A stretch of DNA of 56,518 nucleotides from an uncultured Candidatus Saccharibacteria bacterium (GCA_964604085.1 CAZRXN010000001.1:1-56518); one strand, 5' to 3'. Numbered from the stretch's first letter, positions 45,147-53,885 are shown. Translations and numbers: made by a program. Notes: generated by a model from the sequence alone, not told the origin.

Positions 45147-45602
45147 TCAGTAGTTGCCGACGGGCGAGCCGAATTGATCCGTATCTCCGGGCCGATACAC
45201 GTTTACCGGCGTGGGCTGAAGTGCCGCGCCACTACCTCCGGCGGCTCGGTCGCGCAGCTGCCGCAGTTCGTCCTCCTTGAAGGTATCGCCAAGCGAATCC
45301 ATGAGCTGCTGCTCTGCTTCCCGCACCGAAGAGAAATTAAACTCATCCTGCGCCGTGCCTCCGAGCGAATCGAGCGGCGCACCCTGCTGGATTTTTTTCA
45401 AAAAAAGGATCGCCCATCCGATCATGAGGATCACTACCACCGTGATCGCGGCGCCGCCCGCGATGACGCGCTTTTCATCATTCGGACGGTCTTGGAGTCT
45501 GCCTCCACCGCTCTTTGCAGGTGTTCCGTGTGCATCAATCATAGTCCGATCCTCATGCATTGAGTGTAGCCCATGCGCGGGCGTTCGGAAGATGCTATCC
45601 AC
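45147..45602 (-). CDS. hypothetical single-TM protein
   Basis: TM helix AAITVVVILMIGWAILFL. GTG start shares one nt with the upstream TAG. ATG alternatives at 45560 and 45542. Confidence 0.5.
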   Translation of the reverse strand: MDSIFRTPAHGLHSMHEDRTMIDAHGTPAKSGGGRLQDRPNDEKRVIAGGAAITVVVILMIGWAILFLKKIQQGAPLDSLGGTAQDEFNFSSVREAEQQLMDSLGDTFKEDELRQLRDRAAGGSGAALQPTPVNVYRPGDTDQFGSPVGNY

Positions 45603-46222
45603 TATGCGCTAAGCACGACGATCTCGTTCTGTTTGCCCGAGAGATCTTTCGGCTTCACGGTGAACTTCTCTATCGGCTTCACGTCTTCCGCTCCCGCTTC
45701 CTTGAGGAGTACTTTTATCGTCGCATCACTCCCGGCGACCGGAATCAGCACTTTCGCCTCGAGCTTCACGGCGAGTTTCTCCGCCTCCGCGGGCGTGAGC
45801 GCGCCCTCGCCGCAGATCGGCGCGATCATGATATCGGGTGCATCCATTTCAAGCAGCTCTTTCGGTAGATCGGTGCCGTGCAGCGCCCCGAGGTAGAGGA
45901 TCGTCATGCCGTCGAAGGATACTTCGTACACCGTGTTGATCCGCTCTTCCCCGCCCCAGCCGGAGGAGGTCGGAAAACCAAACACGGTAGTCCCTTTCAC
46001 CTCATACTCCCCCGGTCCCATGACGACGAAGGGCTGCTTGTCGCCCCGGGCCGCCTCGTCCGCGCCATTCAGATCGGGATGATTAAGCGGAATGAAAGCC
46101 ACGTCGGCGCCAAAATTCGTCTGCTTGAAATTCTTCGACTGCTTCGACACGGGGCCGAAGACGAGCGTCGTGTCGCCTGCGGATGCGCGAATACAGAATC
46201 CCGAATGATAGGTAAGAATCAT
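45602..46222 (-). CDS. MBL-fold-like protein (UPF0173/UlaG-like) with a degenerate metal motif
   Basis: The overall pattern resembles the small MBL-fold hydrolases (MILTYHSGFCIRA...LVFGP...). LNHPDLNG sits where HxHxDH is expected. Confidence 0.5.
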   Translation of the reverse strand: MILTYHSGFCIRASAGDTTLVFGPVSKQSKNFKQTNFGADVAFIPLNHPDLNGADEAARGDKQPFVVMGPGEYEVKGTTVFGFPTSSGWGGEERINTVYEVSFDGMTILYLGALHGTDLPKELLEMDAPDIMIAPICGEGALTPAEAEKLAVKLEAKVLIPVAGSDATIKVLLKEAGAEDVKPIEKFTVKPKDLSGKQNEIVVLSA

Positions 46223-46283
46223 AGCTCTTTGCGCGCAGTATAGCGCAAACCGCGGAGCGCATGAAGATAGGCCAAAAACCGGA

Positions 46284-46313
46284 TTGACACTGCGCGAACA
46301 GGCGCGCTAGCAT
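46284..46313 (+). promoter_or_regulatory. candidate promoter TTGACA-18-TAGCAT
   Basis: Perfect -35 hexamer in a 340-bp intergenic region. The -10 is weak. Confidence 0.35.
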
Positions 46314-46319
46314 GGAACC

Positions 46320-46428
46320 TAGTTCAACTAGTAAGGAGCGCCGCATGTAAGCACTCTGCAATGCGCAATGTCCAGAAGGTGCTGTCGTTTAAACATCCCC
46401 AACGACAGCACCTTTTCTCTTCTTATTT
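46320..46428 (+). ncRNA. candidate small transcript ending in a strong orphan terminator
   Basis: Terminator AGGTGCTGTCGTT-taaacatcccc-AACGACAGCACCT plus TTTTCTCTTCTTATTT (46377..46428), with no plus-strand gene upstream. Contains hairpin CTAGT-TCA-ACTAG and AAGGAG-6nt-ATG-TAA. Confidence 0.3.
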
Positions 46429-46455
46429 GCATTTTCCCCCTCCTCTCTATATATT
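46427..46455 (+). promoter_or_regulatory. candidate rpsA promoter TTGCAT-17-TATATT
   Basis: Read directly from the sequence. About 108 nt upstream of the rpsA ATG. The leader contains hairpin TCCCGC-GACA-GCGGGA. Confidence 0.45.
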
Positions 46456-46563
46456 GTATGTCCCGCGACAGCGGGATTATTTAATAGAGTATCAGCCCCG
46501 GGTTACACTTTCCTGCTTCACGACGGACACGGGAGGCGCAGGAAGCCCCGAGTGCTCCATAGC

Positions 46564-47691
46564 ATGCCTGAAACAGAAACAGACCTAAAAGAAGCAATTA
46601 CTAAGAAGGACGAGGATCAAGAGAAGGAACACGCCCCCGAGGGGCCCATGGACGAGCTGCTTCGCGCGACACCCAAGCGCCCCGAGATTGATGACGTGGT
46701 AGAGGGACCGGTGATCGCGATCGGCAGAGCGCGCGTCTTCGTAGACCTGCACCCGTTCGGTACCGGCATTATATTCGGCCGAGAGTATCTCTCCGCGAGA
46801 GAGCAGCTCAAGAACGTAAACATCGGCGACACGATCACGGCAAAGGTGGTCGGCGAAGATAATGCCGAAGGGTACATCGAGCTTTCGTTGCGCGAGGCGC
46901 GGCAAGCGCTCATGTGGAACGAAGCGGAGACCGCCATGCAGAAGAAGACGGTGTTCGAACTTCCCGTGGCAGACGCCAACAAGGGCGGCCTCATTATCGA
47001 GTGGAGCGGCCTCCAGGGTTTTCTCCCCGCGTCCCAGCTCGCGCCCGCGCACTACCCGCGCGTGCCCGATGCAGACAAGGATAAGATTTTCGTCGAACTC
47101 AAGAAGCTGGTCGGCCAGACCATCGAGGTACAGATCATCACCGCGAATCCGAAGGAGCAAAAGCTCATCTTCAGCGAGAAAGGCGCGGGCACCTCGGAGC
47201 GCGCGACGCTCGTCGAGAAGTACCACGTCGGCGACGTCCTCGAGGGTGTCGTGACAGGCGCGACCGAATTCGGCGTCTTCGTGAAGCTCGAGCAGGGGCT
47301 CGAAGGCCTCGTGCATATCTCGGAAATGGATTGGGCGCTCGTCGATAATCCGAAAACCCGCTACAAGGTGGGCGAGGCAGTGAAGGTCAAGGTCATCGAG
47401 ATTAAGGACGACAAAATATCGCTTTCGATCAAGGCCCTCACGGATGATCCGTGGAAGTCGGCCGCCGAAAAGTACAAGAAAGACGAGACAGTCAATGCCG
47501 TTGTCATCAAGTACAACAAGCACGGCGCACTCGCGTCGGTGGAAGAGGGCGTCGCGGGCCTCGTACACATCTCCGAATTCGCCAACGACGAGGAGATGCG
47601 CGCATCGCTGGAGCTCGGCAAGGTATATCCTTTCACGATTACGCTCTTCGAGCCGAAGGAGCGCCGAATGACCCTCAAGCCGGTGCGCTAA
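46564..47691 (+). CDS. rpsA: 30S ribosomal protein S1 (four S1 domains)
   Basis: Repeated S1-motif blocks (G.V..G.V......G.FV.L....GL.HISE). Confidence 0.9.
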   Translation: MPETETDLKEAITKKDEDQEKEHAPEGPMDELLRATPKRPEIDDVVEGPVIAIGRARVFVDLHPFGTGIIFGREYLSAREQLKNVNIGDTITAKVVGEDNAEGYIELSLREARQALMWNEAETAMQKKTVFELPVADANKGGLIIEWSGLQGFLPASQLAPAHYPRVPDADKDKIFVELKKLVGQTIEVQIITANPKEQKLIFSEKGAGTSERATLVEKYHVGDVLEGVVTGATEFGVFVKLEQGLEGLVHISEMDWALVDNPKTRYKVGEAVKVKVIEIKDDKISLSIKALTDDPWKSAAEKYKKDETVNAVVIKYNKHGALASVEEGVAGLVHISEFANDEEMRASLELGKVYPFTITLFEPKERRMTLKPVR

Positions 47692-47692
47692 A

Positions 47693-48289
47693 TCAGCGCG
47701 CCGAGTTCAGCGCATTCATCGCGTGCACGGGAGTGCTGGTAAGCGACGTCTCGAGCGCCGCCGTCGTCCGCTTGAATACGCTCTTTAGCGCATCCTGTTC
47801 CTCTTTCTTGAACCTGCCCAGGATGAAATCGTGCACCGCGTCTTCGCCCTGCGGCTTTTTCGCTTTCCCGCGAGAGACGGGTGAGACGCCGACGCGAATG
47901 CGCCAGAAGAGCTTCGTCTTCACCGCGCGCATAATGCTCTCGAGCCCCTTATGTCCGCCGCTGCCGCGATCGAACGCCATCTTTGCCACTCCGATCGGAA
48001 GATCGAGATCGTCGTATACGACGATCAGCTTCTTCGCTTGAGGCACGTTTTTTACGAACTTCGTTACCGCGCTCCCCGACTTATTCATATACGTGTCGGG
48101 TAAGACGAGGATTGAGAGCGCGCGCTCGACGACACACTTCGCCACTTCCGCGTTCGCCTTCGCGTCGACTTTCCACTCGGACGCATCGTGCTTCGACGCA
48201 AAATGACGCACGGCCATGCGCCCCGCATTGTGCCGCGTGTTTTCGTACTCCTCTCCCGGGTTACCCAAGCCGACGATGACCCATGTCAT
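47693..48289 (-). CDS. pth: peptidyl-tRNA hydrolase
   Basis: MTWVIVGLGNPGEEYENTRHNAGRM is the canonical Pth N-terminus. GSGGHKGL is also present. Confidence 0.9.
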   Translation of the reverse strand: MTWVIVGLGNPGEEYENTRHNAGRMAVRHFASKHDASEWKVDAKANAEVAKCVVERALSILVLPDTYMNKSGSAVTKFVKNVPQAKKLIVVYDDLDLPIGVAKMAFDRGSGGHKGLESIMRAVKTKLFWRIRVGVSPVSRGKAKKPQGEDAVHDFILGRFKKEEQDALKSVFKRTTAALETSLTSTPVHAMNALNSAR

Positions 48290-48360
48290 ACGACAGAAGT
48301 GTACAGGAAACGGTTCGCGGTGCACAGTTGATAGAAAATATGCGTTCAGCTGGAGTAAAA

Positions 48361-48396
48361 TAGTATATACTATAGTATGTACTATAGTATATACTA
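48361..48396. repeat. three tandem 12-bp palindromic units (TAGTATATACTA TAGTATGTACTA TAGTATATACTA), locus 3
   Basis: Read directly from the sequence. Lies between divergent pth and lepB. Confidence 0.95.
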
Positions 48397-48441
48397 TTTG
48401 AATAGCGCGCTCCCGCAGTGTATCTCAACCTACAAAACACA

Positions 48442-48564
48442 GTTGCATTCGCATGCGTAGGTATGTTTCTCGATCCTAGCGAGGCCGACGGGCCGAGCTC
48501 GAGGAATTTTTCAGCAGAAAAATATCCGTGTGAGAGAAATATACCTATGCATGCACGATGCAAC
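48442..48564. repeat. imperfect inverted repeat (~23 bp arms) enclosing nested hairpins
   Basis: GTTGCATTCGCATGCGTAGGTAT (48442..48464) versus the reverse complement of ATACCTATGCATGCACGATGCAAC (48541..48564). Inner hairpins are ATTTTTC-AGCA-GAAAAAT and GGCC-GACG-GGCC. Confidence 0.7.
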
Positions 48565-48576
48565 ACCCAAAACACT

Positions 48577-48605
48577 TTGCGTCAACGCTTCATGAGTAGT
48601 ACAAT
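48577..48605 (+). promoter_or_regulatory. candidate lepB promoter TTGCGT-17-TACAAT
   Basis: Read directly from the sequence. The -10 ends 9 nt before the lepB ATG and there is no SD. Confidence 0.45.
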
Positions 48606-48614
48606 CCCCGCTAC

Positions 48615-49256
48615 ATGAATGATCCGATGATGCAAAAGACGACATCACCGGATGGAATGACCTCCGACTCTGATTCGAGCGCACGCACGGAGAATCCCCA
48701 ATCCCAAAAATCTTCCGAAGGCCGCTCGCTTTTCGGCTATACCATCGCCGCGCTCGCTGTCGCGCTCATCGTGCGCTTCTTTATCGCTGCCCCCTACGTC
48801 GTTTCCGGCGCCTCCATGGAGCCGAATTTCGATAATTGGGATTATCTCATCACCGATCGGCTCACCTACCGCTTCGAAGAGCCCTCCCGGGGCGACATTA
48901 TCGTCTTTCACCTTCCCCAGGACCCCTCTCGCACGCTCATTAAGCGCATTATCGGCCTGCCCGGCGAGACGATCCGCATGAATGAGGACGGCGTCGAGGT
49001 ATTTAACGACGCGCATCCAGACGGACTGGTCCTCGTAGAGCCATATCTTTCACCGGAGAATCGCGGCGGGCTCACGCCGGAGACGATAGAGCTGCAAAAT
49101 GATCAGTATTTCGTACTCGGAGACAACAGGCGCGTTTCGTCCGACTCGCGCATTTGGGGGCCGCTCCCGAAGGAGAACATCATCGGCCGCGTACTCATTC
49201 GGCTCTTCCCGTTCTCGCACGTGGGCGTGCTGCCCGCCGAAGCGCGATATGAATAG
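48615..49256 (+). CDS. lepB: signal peptidase I
   Basis: TM anchor, the catalytic Ser box VSGASMEPN, the Lys box LIKRIIGLPGE, and GDNRRVSSDSR. Confidence 0.9.
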   Translation: MNDPMMQKTTSPDGMTSDSDSSARTENPQSQKSSEGRSLFGYTIAALAVALIVRFFIAAPYVVSGASMEPNFDNWDYLITDRLTYRFEEPSRGDIIVFHLPQDPSRTLIKRIIGLPGETIRMNEDGVEVFNDAHPDGLVLVEPYLSPENRGGLTPETIELQNDQYFVLGDNRRVSSDSRIWGPLPKENIIGRVLIRLFPFSHVGVLPAEARYE

Positions 49257-49309
49257 CGACGCATAGGCGGCGCGGGGAGAGACGCATTACCAGGTAACAT
49301 CTCTTTTCC

Positions 49310-50509
49310 ATGATCCGCCTTAAAGACACGACGCACCAAAATACTGCCGCTTTTCTCTCAAACGCTATCAAAGTGGCGGAGCACTATGGATTCCAGCCGC
49401 TTCGCGCGGCACCGCGCGCGCTTTCGCGCCCGCGGGGCACTCCCCGCCCTCCCGCAGTAAAGCAAGCTGAAGTGCAGTTCGCCCGCAAGGACGAGCGCGC
49501 GCTCTTTTCGACCGCAAAGCAGTGCCTCGCGTGCGCGCGACAGGAGGGCCGCCCCCTCCTCGTGTGGCGCGTCGCGGACGCCGCGACGCGCGGCGGAGAA
49601 AACATCGCGTGCACCGCGCTCGAATTTCATATTATCGGCGCGGGCGGCGCAATCGCCGAAGCGCTCCTCATCGTCATCGCGGATGCGATCGCTGCGGAAA
49701 GCGGCATCGCGAAACGCACCGTATCCACCAATAGCATCGGTGCGGTAGATTCCTCGGCGCGCTACTTACGCGACGTATCCGCCTTCCTCCGTAAACACCT
49801 CGATTCCATTTCCCCCTCTCTGCATGCGCGCGCCGGGACCGATCCGCTCGGCACCCTCGTCCAGCTCTTCGAGCGAGGCCATCCAGGGATGGCGCGCGCG
49901 CCGCAGCCGACCGAATACCTCACCGAAGAGGAGCGTCGCCGCTTCTGGGATCTTTTGGAGTACCTCGAGGGCGTCGGCATCCCCTACGAGCTTGATCCGT
50001 CCGTGCTCGGCAGCCGCGAACTGTGGTCACACACGCTCTACGAGATCTCTGCGCTCGACGAGGAGACCGGATCGCGCATTCCCTTTGCCTTCGGCGGCCG
50101 GTACGACCCGCTCGCGAGCCGCCTCGCAGGTGTACCCCTCTCCGCAGCGATGATCAGCATCCTGTGCGAGACGCGCGGCCGCTCAAGCGTGAAGGCGCAG
50201 GCCGCCCCTTCACCCTCAATCTACTTCGCACACCTCGGATCTGAAGCGCGTCGGAAGCTCCTTCCCGTCCTCGAGGATCTGCGTCGCGCCGGCATCCCCG
50301 TGCACCAGTCGCTCCTCATAGAGCGGCTCGGAGAGCAAATGGGCCATGCCCGGGAAGCACGGGCGACACACCTCGTCATCATGGGGCATAAGGAGGCGGT
50401 AGAGGGCACCGCGCTCGTGCGCCACATCGCCACGAACTCGCAGGAGGCCGTACCAGTCCAGGAGCTCTCCGGCTATCTTCGTCGCCACCGCACAGCTGTA
50501 CGCGTCTGA
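49310..50509 (+). CDS. histidyl-tRNA synthetase-like protein with divergent catalytic motifs
   Basis: Motif-3-like FGGRYDPL and a C-terminal anticodon-binding-type domain (IYFAHLGSEARRKLLPVLEDLRRAGIPV...). The motif 2 region reads WRVADAATRGG...ALEFHIIG instead of FRYE..GR.REF.Q. Confidence 0.6.
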   Translation: MIRLKDTTHQNTAAFLSNAIKVAEHYGFQPLRAAPRALSRPRGTPRPPAVKQAEVQFARKDERALFSTAKQCLACARQEGRPLLVWRVADAATRGGENIACTALEFHIIGAGGAIAEALLIVIADAIAAESGIAKRTVSTNSIGAVDSSARYLRDVSAFLRKHLDSISPSLHARAGTDPLGTLVQLFERGHPGMARAPQPTEYLTEEERRRFWDLLEYLEGVGIPYELDPSVLGSRELWSHTLYEISALDEETGSRIPFAFGGRYDPLASRLAGVPLSAAMISILCETRGRSSVKAQAAPSPSIYFAHLGSEARRKLLPVLEDLRRAGIPVHQSLLIERLGEQMGHAREARATHLVIMGHKEAVEGTALVRHIATNSQEAVPVQELSGYLRRHRTAVRV

Positions 50510-50558
50510 ATCCACGGCGCTCTGGCGCGCTTCATCCTTTTCTGGTATTGTGCCGCGC

Positions 50559-50894
50559 ATGGTTCAAGCAGAGGTAGTCAAATCGGGCAACGAGAACCCG
50601 CTCGCCGTCATCCGGAAATTCAGCCGCCGGGTGCAGGGCACCGGGCTCATTCAGAGCGTCCGCAAGGGCCGCTACTACGCGCGTCCGGCATCCAAGACCG
50701 TCCGCAAAAAGCAGGCGCTAAAGCGCCTCAAGCGCCACGAAACCTACAAGCGCCTCGTGAAGGAAGGAAAGATGGCAGAGCGCGCACCTCGCCGCGGCCG
50801 CGGCCCGTCTACGGCTACCGCTGCCTCCGCGTCCCGCGAGAGCGGGAGCGCCACCCCGGCTCGCTTCGGCGAGAGCACGCCGATCGCCCGCTAA
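50559..50894 (+). CDS. rpsU: 30S ribosomal protein S21 with a long low-complexity C-terminal extension
   Basis: AVIRKFSRRVQGTGLIQSVRKGRYYARPASKTVRKKQA fits the S21 pattern. ATG at 50559 (GTG at 50550 is possible). Confidence 0.8.
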   Translation: MVQAEVVKSGNENPLAVIRKFSRRVQGTGLIQSVRKGRYYARPASKTVRKKQALKRLKRHETYKRLVKEGKMAERAPRRGRGPSTATAASASRESGSATPARFGESTPIAR

Positions 50895-50903
50895 GGCCGC
50901 GGC

Positions 50904-51299
50904 ATGGATCGTATGCCCGCCTTCGAGATGCGGCGCACGCTGCGGGACTCCATTCCCGCGCTCCCCTACGAGCACATCGCCGGGGCGATCCTTGGCAAAC
51001 GCTACGCGCTCTCTCTCGTCCTCTGTGGCGACACGCTCGCGCGCCGCATCAACCGCATCTCGCGCAAGAAGACCTACGCGCCCAACGTTCTCTCCTTTCC
51101 GCTCACCGACTCAGAAGGAGAAATATTTTTAAACGCGCGGAAAGCCCAGCGCGAAGCGCGTGCAGAAGGATCCTCCTGGCGCGCGCGCCTCGCCTTCCTT
51201 TTCATTCACGGCTGCCTTCACCTAAAGGGCTACAAACACGGCGCACGGATGGAGCGCCTCGAGCGTGAATACATGAAGCGCTTCGCGCTTACACAGTAA
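50904..51299 (+). CDS. ybeY: rRNA maturation RNase YbeY
   Basis: Zinc motif HGCLHLKGYKH. Confidence 0.85.
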   Translation: MDRMPAFEMRRTLRDSIPALPYEHIAGAILGKRYALSLVLCGDTLARRINRISRKKTYAPNVLSFPLTDSEGEIFLNARKAQREARAEGSSWRARLAFLFIHGCLHLKGYKHGARMERLEREYMKRFALTQ

Positions 51300-51391
51300 T
51301 CTGCGCTATCCCCGCATGCGCGATTTTTCGTGCGCTTTCGCAGAGCGTACAATAAGAAGACTGCCGCACGAGCGCGGCATGGGCATTCTGT

Positions 51392-52561
51392 ATGCGATCC
51401 ATTTTCACCGGCATCGATATCGGCACCTACCACGTGAAGGTCGTGATCGCGGCCTCTCCCGAAACCCCCGACCAGCCGCTCCAGATCCTCGGCACTGGCT
51501 CCGCAGCCTCGAAGGGCATGCGGCACGGCTACATCGTGGATACGAAAGAATTGGCGCGCAGCGTCCGGGAAGCAATCGGACGTGCCTCGCAGGCTTCCGG
51601 CGTGAAGGTGCGCCGCGCCTGGGTGGGAGTCGGCGGCGTCTCACTCGAAGAGTGCCGTTCAACGGGCGACGTTACGCTCACCGCCTCTGGAGGGCTCGTG
51701 ACCGCTCGTGATATCGCCCGCGCGCTCGAGGAGAGCCGCAAGAAAGCAGGACCAAAGCTCATCAATCGCCACGTGCTCGACACGATCCCGCTCGAGTACC
51801 GGATCGACGGCGTGCGCATGCCGCGCAAGCCCCTGCACCTGCAGGGCACGCGGCTCTCGGTAGACACGCTCATCATCACGACGCTCCAGCAGCACCAGGA
51901 GGACATCATCGAGGCCATCGAAATGGCGGGTATCGAAGTGGACGGCATCATGGCGGCGCCGCTCGCCGCGAGCGAAGTAACGCTCACGAAGGCGCAGCGG
52001 ACCGCGGGCGTCGTCCTCGCCAACATCGGCGCGGAGACGCTCTCCATCATCGTGTACGATGATGACCTCCCCGTCTCCCTCAAAGTATTCCCCATCGGCT
52101 CATCGGATATCACGGGCTCGATCGCGCTCTCCTTTCAGATCCCGCTTTCGGAGGCGGAGCAGATGAAGCACGGCGCAGTAACCGGAAGCGATATTCCTCA
52201 GCGAAAAATGAATACAGTCATCTCAGGACGACTGAAGGAAATGTTTATGCTCATCAACGCGCACCTCAAGACGATCAACCGCCAGCGACTCCTTCCTGCA
52301 GGCATCGTGCTCACCGGCGGCGGCAGCGGCGTCGCGGAGGTGTCCGACATCGCGCGGGCCATTCTACGGCTCCCTTCGCAAGTCGGACACGCAGGCATCA
52401 TTCCGCGTTTAGGCACGCTGGATGGCACCTGGGCGGTCGCATTCGGACTCTGCCGCGCGGCCTTTACCGAAGAGAGTGAAGCCGGATCGCGGCCATTTTC
52501 CGACGTTTTGCGGCGCACCGGGGAGACCCTCTCGGGCATGATCCGCTCCCTCCTGCCCTAG
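51392..52561 (+). CDS. ftsA: cell division protein FtsA
   Basis: TGIDIGTYHVKVV (actin-fold phosphate 1) and the IVLTGGGS motif. Immediately upstream of ftsZ. Confidence 0.9.
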   Translation: MRSIFTGIDIGTYHVKVVIAASPETPDQPLQILGTGSAASKGMRHGYIVDTKELARSVREAIGRASQASGVKVRRAWVGVGGVSLEECRSTGDVTLTASGGLVTARDIARALEESRKKAGPKLINRHVLDTIPLEYRIDGVRMPRKPLHLQGTRLSVDTLIITTLQQHQEDIIEAIEMAGIEVDGIMAAPLAASEVTLTKAQRTAGVVLANIGAETLSIIVYDDDLPVSLKVFPIGSSDITGSIALSFQIPLSEAEQMKHGAVTGSDIPQRKMNTVISGRLKEMFMLINAHLKTINRQRLLPAGIVLTGGGSGVAEVSDIARAILRLPSQVGHAGIIPRLGTLDGTWAVAFGLCRAAFTEESEAGSRPFSDVLRRTGETLSGMIRSLLP

Positions 52562-52652
52562 CGATCGCCCCTTTCTATACTTTCGCCGCAGCACGGCTGT
52601 GGGCTTCTGTCCACCTTTTCGCAAAGGGTGAACGTGCTATGATAGCCGGACT

Positions 52653-53837
52653 ATGGCGAAGCATGTGAAGCCGGATGTGGAGTCGTTCGCACGGATTCGC
52701 GTCGTCGGCGTCGGTGGCTCCGGCGGCAACGCGATCAATCACATGGTTTCCACCCACGTCCAAGGAGTCGATTTCATCGCGGTAAACACGGACGCCCAGG
52801 ATCTGCACAAGTCGAAGGCGAAAAAGAAAATCCACATCGGCAAGACGCTCACACGCGGCCTCGGCACGGGCATGAATTCTGATGTCGGCAAGCAGGCAGC
52901 CGAAGAGACGCGCGAGGAAATTCAAGAGGCACTCAAGGGCTCCGATATGGTGTTCATCACCTGCGGCATGGGCGGCGGCACGGGTACCGGCGCGGCGCCT
53001 GTCGTCGCGAAGGTCGCGCGCAATCTCGGCGCACTCACCGTCGGCGTGGTCACCAAGCCGTTCAACTTCGAGGGCGCGCAGCGCATGCGCTTCTCTGAAG
53101 CGGGCATCGCGGAGCTGCGCAAGGAAGTGGACGCCGTGATCATCATCCCGAACGAGAAACTGCTCACGATCGTCTCGCGCGACACCGGCGTGCGCAACGC
53201 CTTTGCCATGTGCGACGACATTCTCAAGCAGGCCGTAGAGGGTATTTCCGACCTCATCACCCAAACAGGCATTGTCAACGTCGACTTTGCCGACGTTCGC
53301 ACCATCATGCATAACACCGGCAGTGCCCTCATGGGCATCGGCACCGCGATCGGCGAGAAACGGGCGGAGCAGGCCGCGCGCGCCGCGATCAACTCTCCCC
53401 TCCTCGACGTTTCGATCAATGGCGCGAAGGGCGTCCTCTTCTCCATCGCGGGCGGCGACGATCTCGGCATGCTGGAGGTGCAGGACGCGGCAAATGTCAT
53501 CACCGAAGCGATAGATCCGGAGGCGAAGGTTATCTTCGGCACCGTTACCGACGACTCGCTCAAGAAGGGGCAGGTGCGCGTTACTGTCATCGCGACCGGC
53601 TTCCCGGAGGCGACCGCATCGCGCCCTCTCTTTGGCGGCGCGCCGCAGCGTCTCTCCCCGCGTGCCAAGCAGGATGAGCCGCCCGTGCGCGTGCGCAAGG
53701 CGAGCGAGGCCGCTGCAGAGACCGAGGTCAAGCAAGCACCTGCGATCGTCAAAGACGCCCCGGCCGAGCCCGGCATCGCTGCAAGCGAGGAGCCGGATGA
53801 GGATAGCTGGGGTCTCTCGTTCCTCCGGCGGAAGTAG
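52653..53837 (+). CDS. ftsZ: cell division protein FtsZ
   Basis: IRVVGVGGSGGNAINHM and the tubulin signature GMGGGTGTGAAPVVA. Confidence 0.95.
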   Translation: MAKHVKPDVESFARIRVVGVGGSGGNAINHMVSTHVQGVDFIAVNTDAQDLHKSKAKKKIHIGKTLTRGLGTGMNSDVGKQAAEETREEIQEALKGSDMVFITCGMGGGTGTGAAPVVAKVARNLGALTVGVVTKPFNFEGAQRMRFSEAGIAELRKEVDAVIIIPNEKLLTIVSRDTGVRNAFAMCDDILKQAVEGISDLITQTGIVNVDFADVRTIMHNTGSALMGIGTAIGEKRAEQAARAAINSPLLDVSINGAKGVLFSIAGGDDLGMLEVQDAANVITEAIDPEAKVIFGTVTDDSLKKGQVRVTVIATGFPEATASRPLFGGAPQRLSPRAKQDEPPVRVRKASEAAAETEVKQAPAIVKDAPAEPGIAASEEPDEDSWGLSFLRRK

Positions 53838-53885
53838 TCCTGCGCGGGATGGTATAGTACTCGATACGCATCTCGCGCTTTTTTT

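Noticed and set aside
46314-46428. Possible SRP (4.5S) RNA because of GUCCAGAAGGUGCUG
   Set aside because: The putative tetraloop is AGAA, not GNRA. The flanking bases do not form the conserved domain IV helix. GGTGCTGTCGTT clearly pairs with AACGACAGCACC as a terminator stem.
46361-46588. 75-aa plus-strand ORF upstream of rpsA
   Set aside because: It runs through an intrinsic terminator and the rpsA promoter/leader. It has low complexity and no SD.
51415-51440. Canonical parS (TGTTNCACGTGAAACA) near parB. Partial CACGTGAA matches occur at ~51425 and ~19595.
   Set aside because: Only the 8-bp core matches, inside coding sequence. The flanks do not fit the 16-bp palindrome. This was a by-eye scan only, so a computational search is still warranted.
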